The notes under the pieces are model-generated. The model ran no database searches. It had not been told where the DNA came from and saw nothing but the letters and a program-made list of their open reading frames with translations. Position numbers and translations under genes: made by a program. A stretch of DNA of 64,000 nucleotides, from the NCBI GenBank assembly GCA_965224245.1, contig OZ245046.1, positions 4,096,001 through 4,160,000 of the forward strand, read 5' to 3'. Origin of the DNA: Candidatus Eiseniibacteriota bacterium. GTDB lineage: Bacteria; Eisenbacteria; RBG-16-71-46; CAZAMP01. This document shows positions 62,390 through 64,000 of this stretch, piece after piece (the first letter of the stretch is position 1; each line of letters begins with the position of its first letter).

Positions 62390-64000
62390 ATGACTCGGAT
62401 CGCCAAGCTCACACGTCGGCTGGGAGCCAAGCGCCCCGGCGCGGTTCACGCCTGGACGAGCACGCTCCTCGCCTCGGCCGCCATCGCCCTGGTGGGAGCC
62501 GGTGTCGCACCGGAAGCCCTCTCGGCCGGCGCCGATGCACCGCTCACGTTCGAGAAGGAGGACGTCGACCGCGAGTTCTCGTCCGGCTACTACACGTCGA
62601 TCGCGTACGACGCCGCCGGGAACGCGCACGTTGCGTACCAGTCCCGCGTCGTGACCGGCGCCCAGGTGCGCTATGCGCGCCAGAACGCACTCGGCGGCTG
62701 GGGCATCGAGATCGTCGACACGAACGATTTCCCCGGCCAGCACTGTGACATCGTCCTGGACTCCGACGGCAACCCGCACATCGCGTACTGGGACAGTCCC
62801 ACCGACGAGCTTCGCTTCGCCAGCCGCGTGGGCGGCGTGTGGTCGATCGACGTGCTGGACACCGTCGACGGGCTCGCGAACCTGGATCTCGACGTGGACT
62901 CGCAGGGCGCCTTCCACATCGGGTACTCGAGCTACGTCACCGCTGAGCTCGTCTGGCTGCGCCAGGTCGGTGGAATCTGGTCCTCGGAGGTGCTGGACGA
63001 CGACTGCACGACCGGCATCATGGCGTTCTGCCTCGACCCGAACGACAAGCCGCTCTTTCTCCATCGATATCAGGAGAGCGTGATGCAGCTGACGAAGCAG
63101 CAGGGCTCGAACTGGTACACCTACGGGTTCTACGGAGTGACCGCGAGCGAGGTCGCCATCGACGCCGACGCGTCCGGCGCGTACCACGCGGCGTTCCAGG
63201 GCGACACCCGCGACTGGCTCACCTACATCCGGGGTGTGGACGGCGAGTGGAGCTGGGCGGCCGTCGACACGTCGTCCGCCGGACACGTCTCGATCGCGGT
63301 CGAGCCGAACGGGACGCCGCACTTCAGCTATCGGCGCACGCTCGGCGACGAGGGCGGCGGCAACCTCGGCTACGCGACGACCGACGCCGCCGGAGACATC
63401 GTCGTCGAGGAGGTCGACTGGTACGTCGACGACGCGCGCTGGACGGCGATCGCGGTCGATCGCGAGGGCAACGCCGGCATCAGCTACCAGGAAGCACACG
63501 ACTCGTACCTGAAGGTGGCCGAGCAGGGTCTCGACGTCGCCGTTCCCGCCGGTGGAGAGGTGTGGCCGGTGGGCGCGATCCGCGAGGTCCGCTGGTCCGG
63601 TGTCGGCCCGGTGGACGTGCTCCTGTCCGTCGACGGCGGCGCCACCTACGATGAGCTGGCCACGAACATCGGCGCGCGGTCGATCTCGTTCCGCGTTCCG
63701 CACACGCCGACGCGCTACGCGCGGCTGCGCATCCAGCGTCCGGCCCCGTTTCTGGCCACCGCCGAGGTGGACTCGTTCCTGACGATCGAGAACGACATCA
63801 CGTTGTACGGGCTTCGCGTCGGTCAGCCGGACTTCGGCCGGGGACGCGAGATCGCGTGGTCGACGTTCCCGAGCGTGGAGGATCTCCACGGCTACCGGAT
63901 CGAGCGTCGCGACGGACACGGCGACTGGCGCGAGATCGGTGGACTCGTCCGCGAGACGCACTACGTCGATCCGGACGGCACGGACGTCAGCCAGTACCGC
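62390..64000 (+). CDS. Secreted beta-propeller repeat protein (runs off the window)
   Basis: Manual translation: signal peptide, repeated GxYxSIAxDxxGNxHxxY modules, then PAGGEVW..VRW..LSVDGGATY Ig-like segment. Confidence 0.8.
   Translation, partial: MTRIAKLTRRLGAKRPGAVHAWTSTLLASAAIALVGAGVAPEALSAGADAPLTFEKEDVDREFSSGYYTSIAYDAAGNAHVAYQSRVVTGAQVRYARQNALGGWGIEIVDTNDFPGQHCDIVLDSDGNPHIAYWDSPTDELRFASRVGGVWSIDVLDTVDGLANLDLDVDSQGAFHIGYSSYVTAELVWLRQVGGIWSSEVLDDDCTTGIMAFCLDPNDKPLFLHRYQESVMQLTKQQGSNWYTYGFYGVTASEVAIDADASGAYHAAFQGDTRDWLTYIRGVDGEWSWAAVDTSSAGHVSIAVEPNGTPHFSYRRTLGDEGGGNLGYATTDAAGDIVVEEVDWYVDDARWTAIAVDREGNAGISYQEAHDSYLKVAEQGLDVAVPAGGEVWPVGAIREVRWSGVGPVDVLLSVDGGATYDELATNIGARSISFRVPHTPTRYARLRIQRPAPFLATAEVDSFLTIENDITLYGLRVGQPDFGRGREIAWSTFPSVEDLHGYRIERRDGHGDWREIGGLVRETHYVDPDGTDVSQYR

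Overview
High-GC bacterial DNA. The lineage is inferred to be an FCB-superphylum candidate phylum (Eisenbacteria/Latescibacteria/Krumholzibacteria-like), based on the secretion tails. The window has three parts. (1) 1-8.4 kb is core-like: serA translationally coupled to a DUF3450-TtpC-ExbB-ExbD-TonB operon, then a HIT protein, an ATP-grasp enzyme and an alpha/beta hydrolase. (2) About 8.5-24.9 kb is a decayed accessory island. It is punctuated by four tRNA-Asn-like 3'-end (att-like) remnants and carries IS256 inside a Ser/Thr kinase, two IS3 elements, IS21 and rve fragments, a truncated group II intron and several pseudogenes. (3) 25-64 kb is a dense secretome region. It holds 10 of the window's 11 proteins ending in a T9SS/FlgD-like Ig C-terminal domain (CTD), two proteins ending in a short (S/T)WxxIKAxYR tail, an ECF43-type sigma factor/kinase pair, a phage-fibre-like operon and a GOLPH3/GPP34 homologue. 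One of the two short-tail proteins is a predicted secreted UxxC selenoprotein with a SECIS-like hairpin. No CRISPR array, rRNA or intact tRNA was seen. All family calls come from motif recognition by eye, not from database searches.
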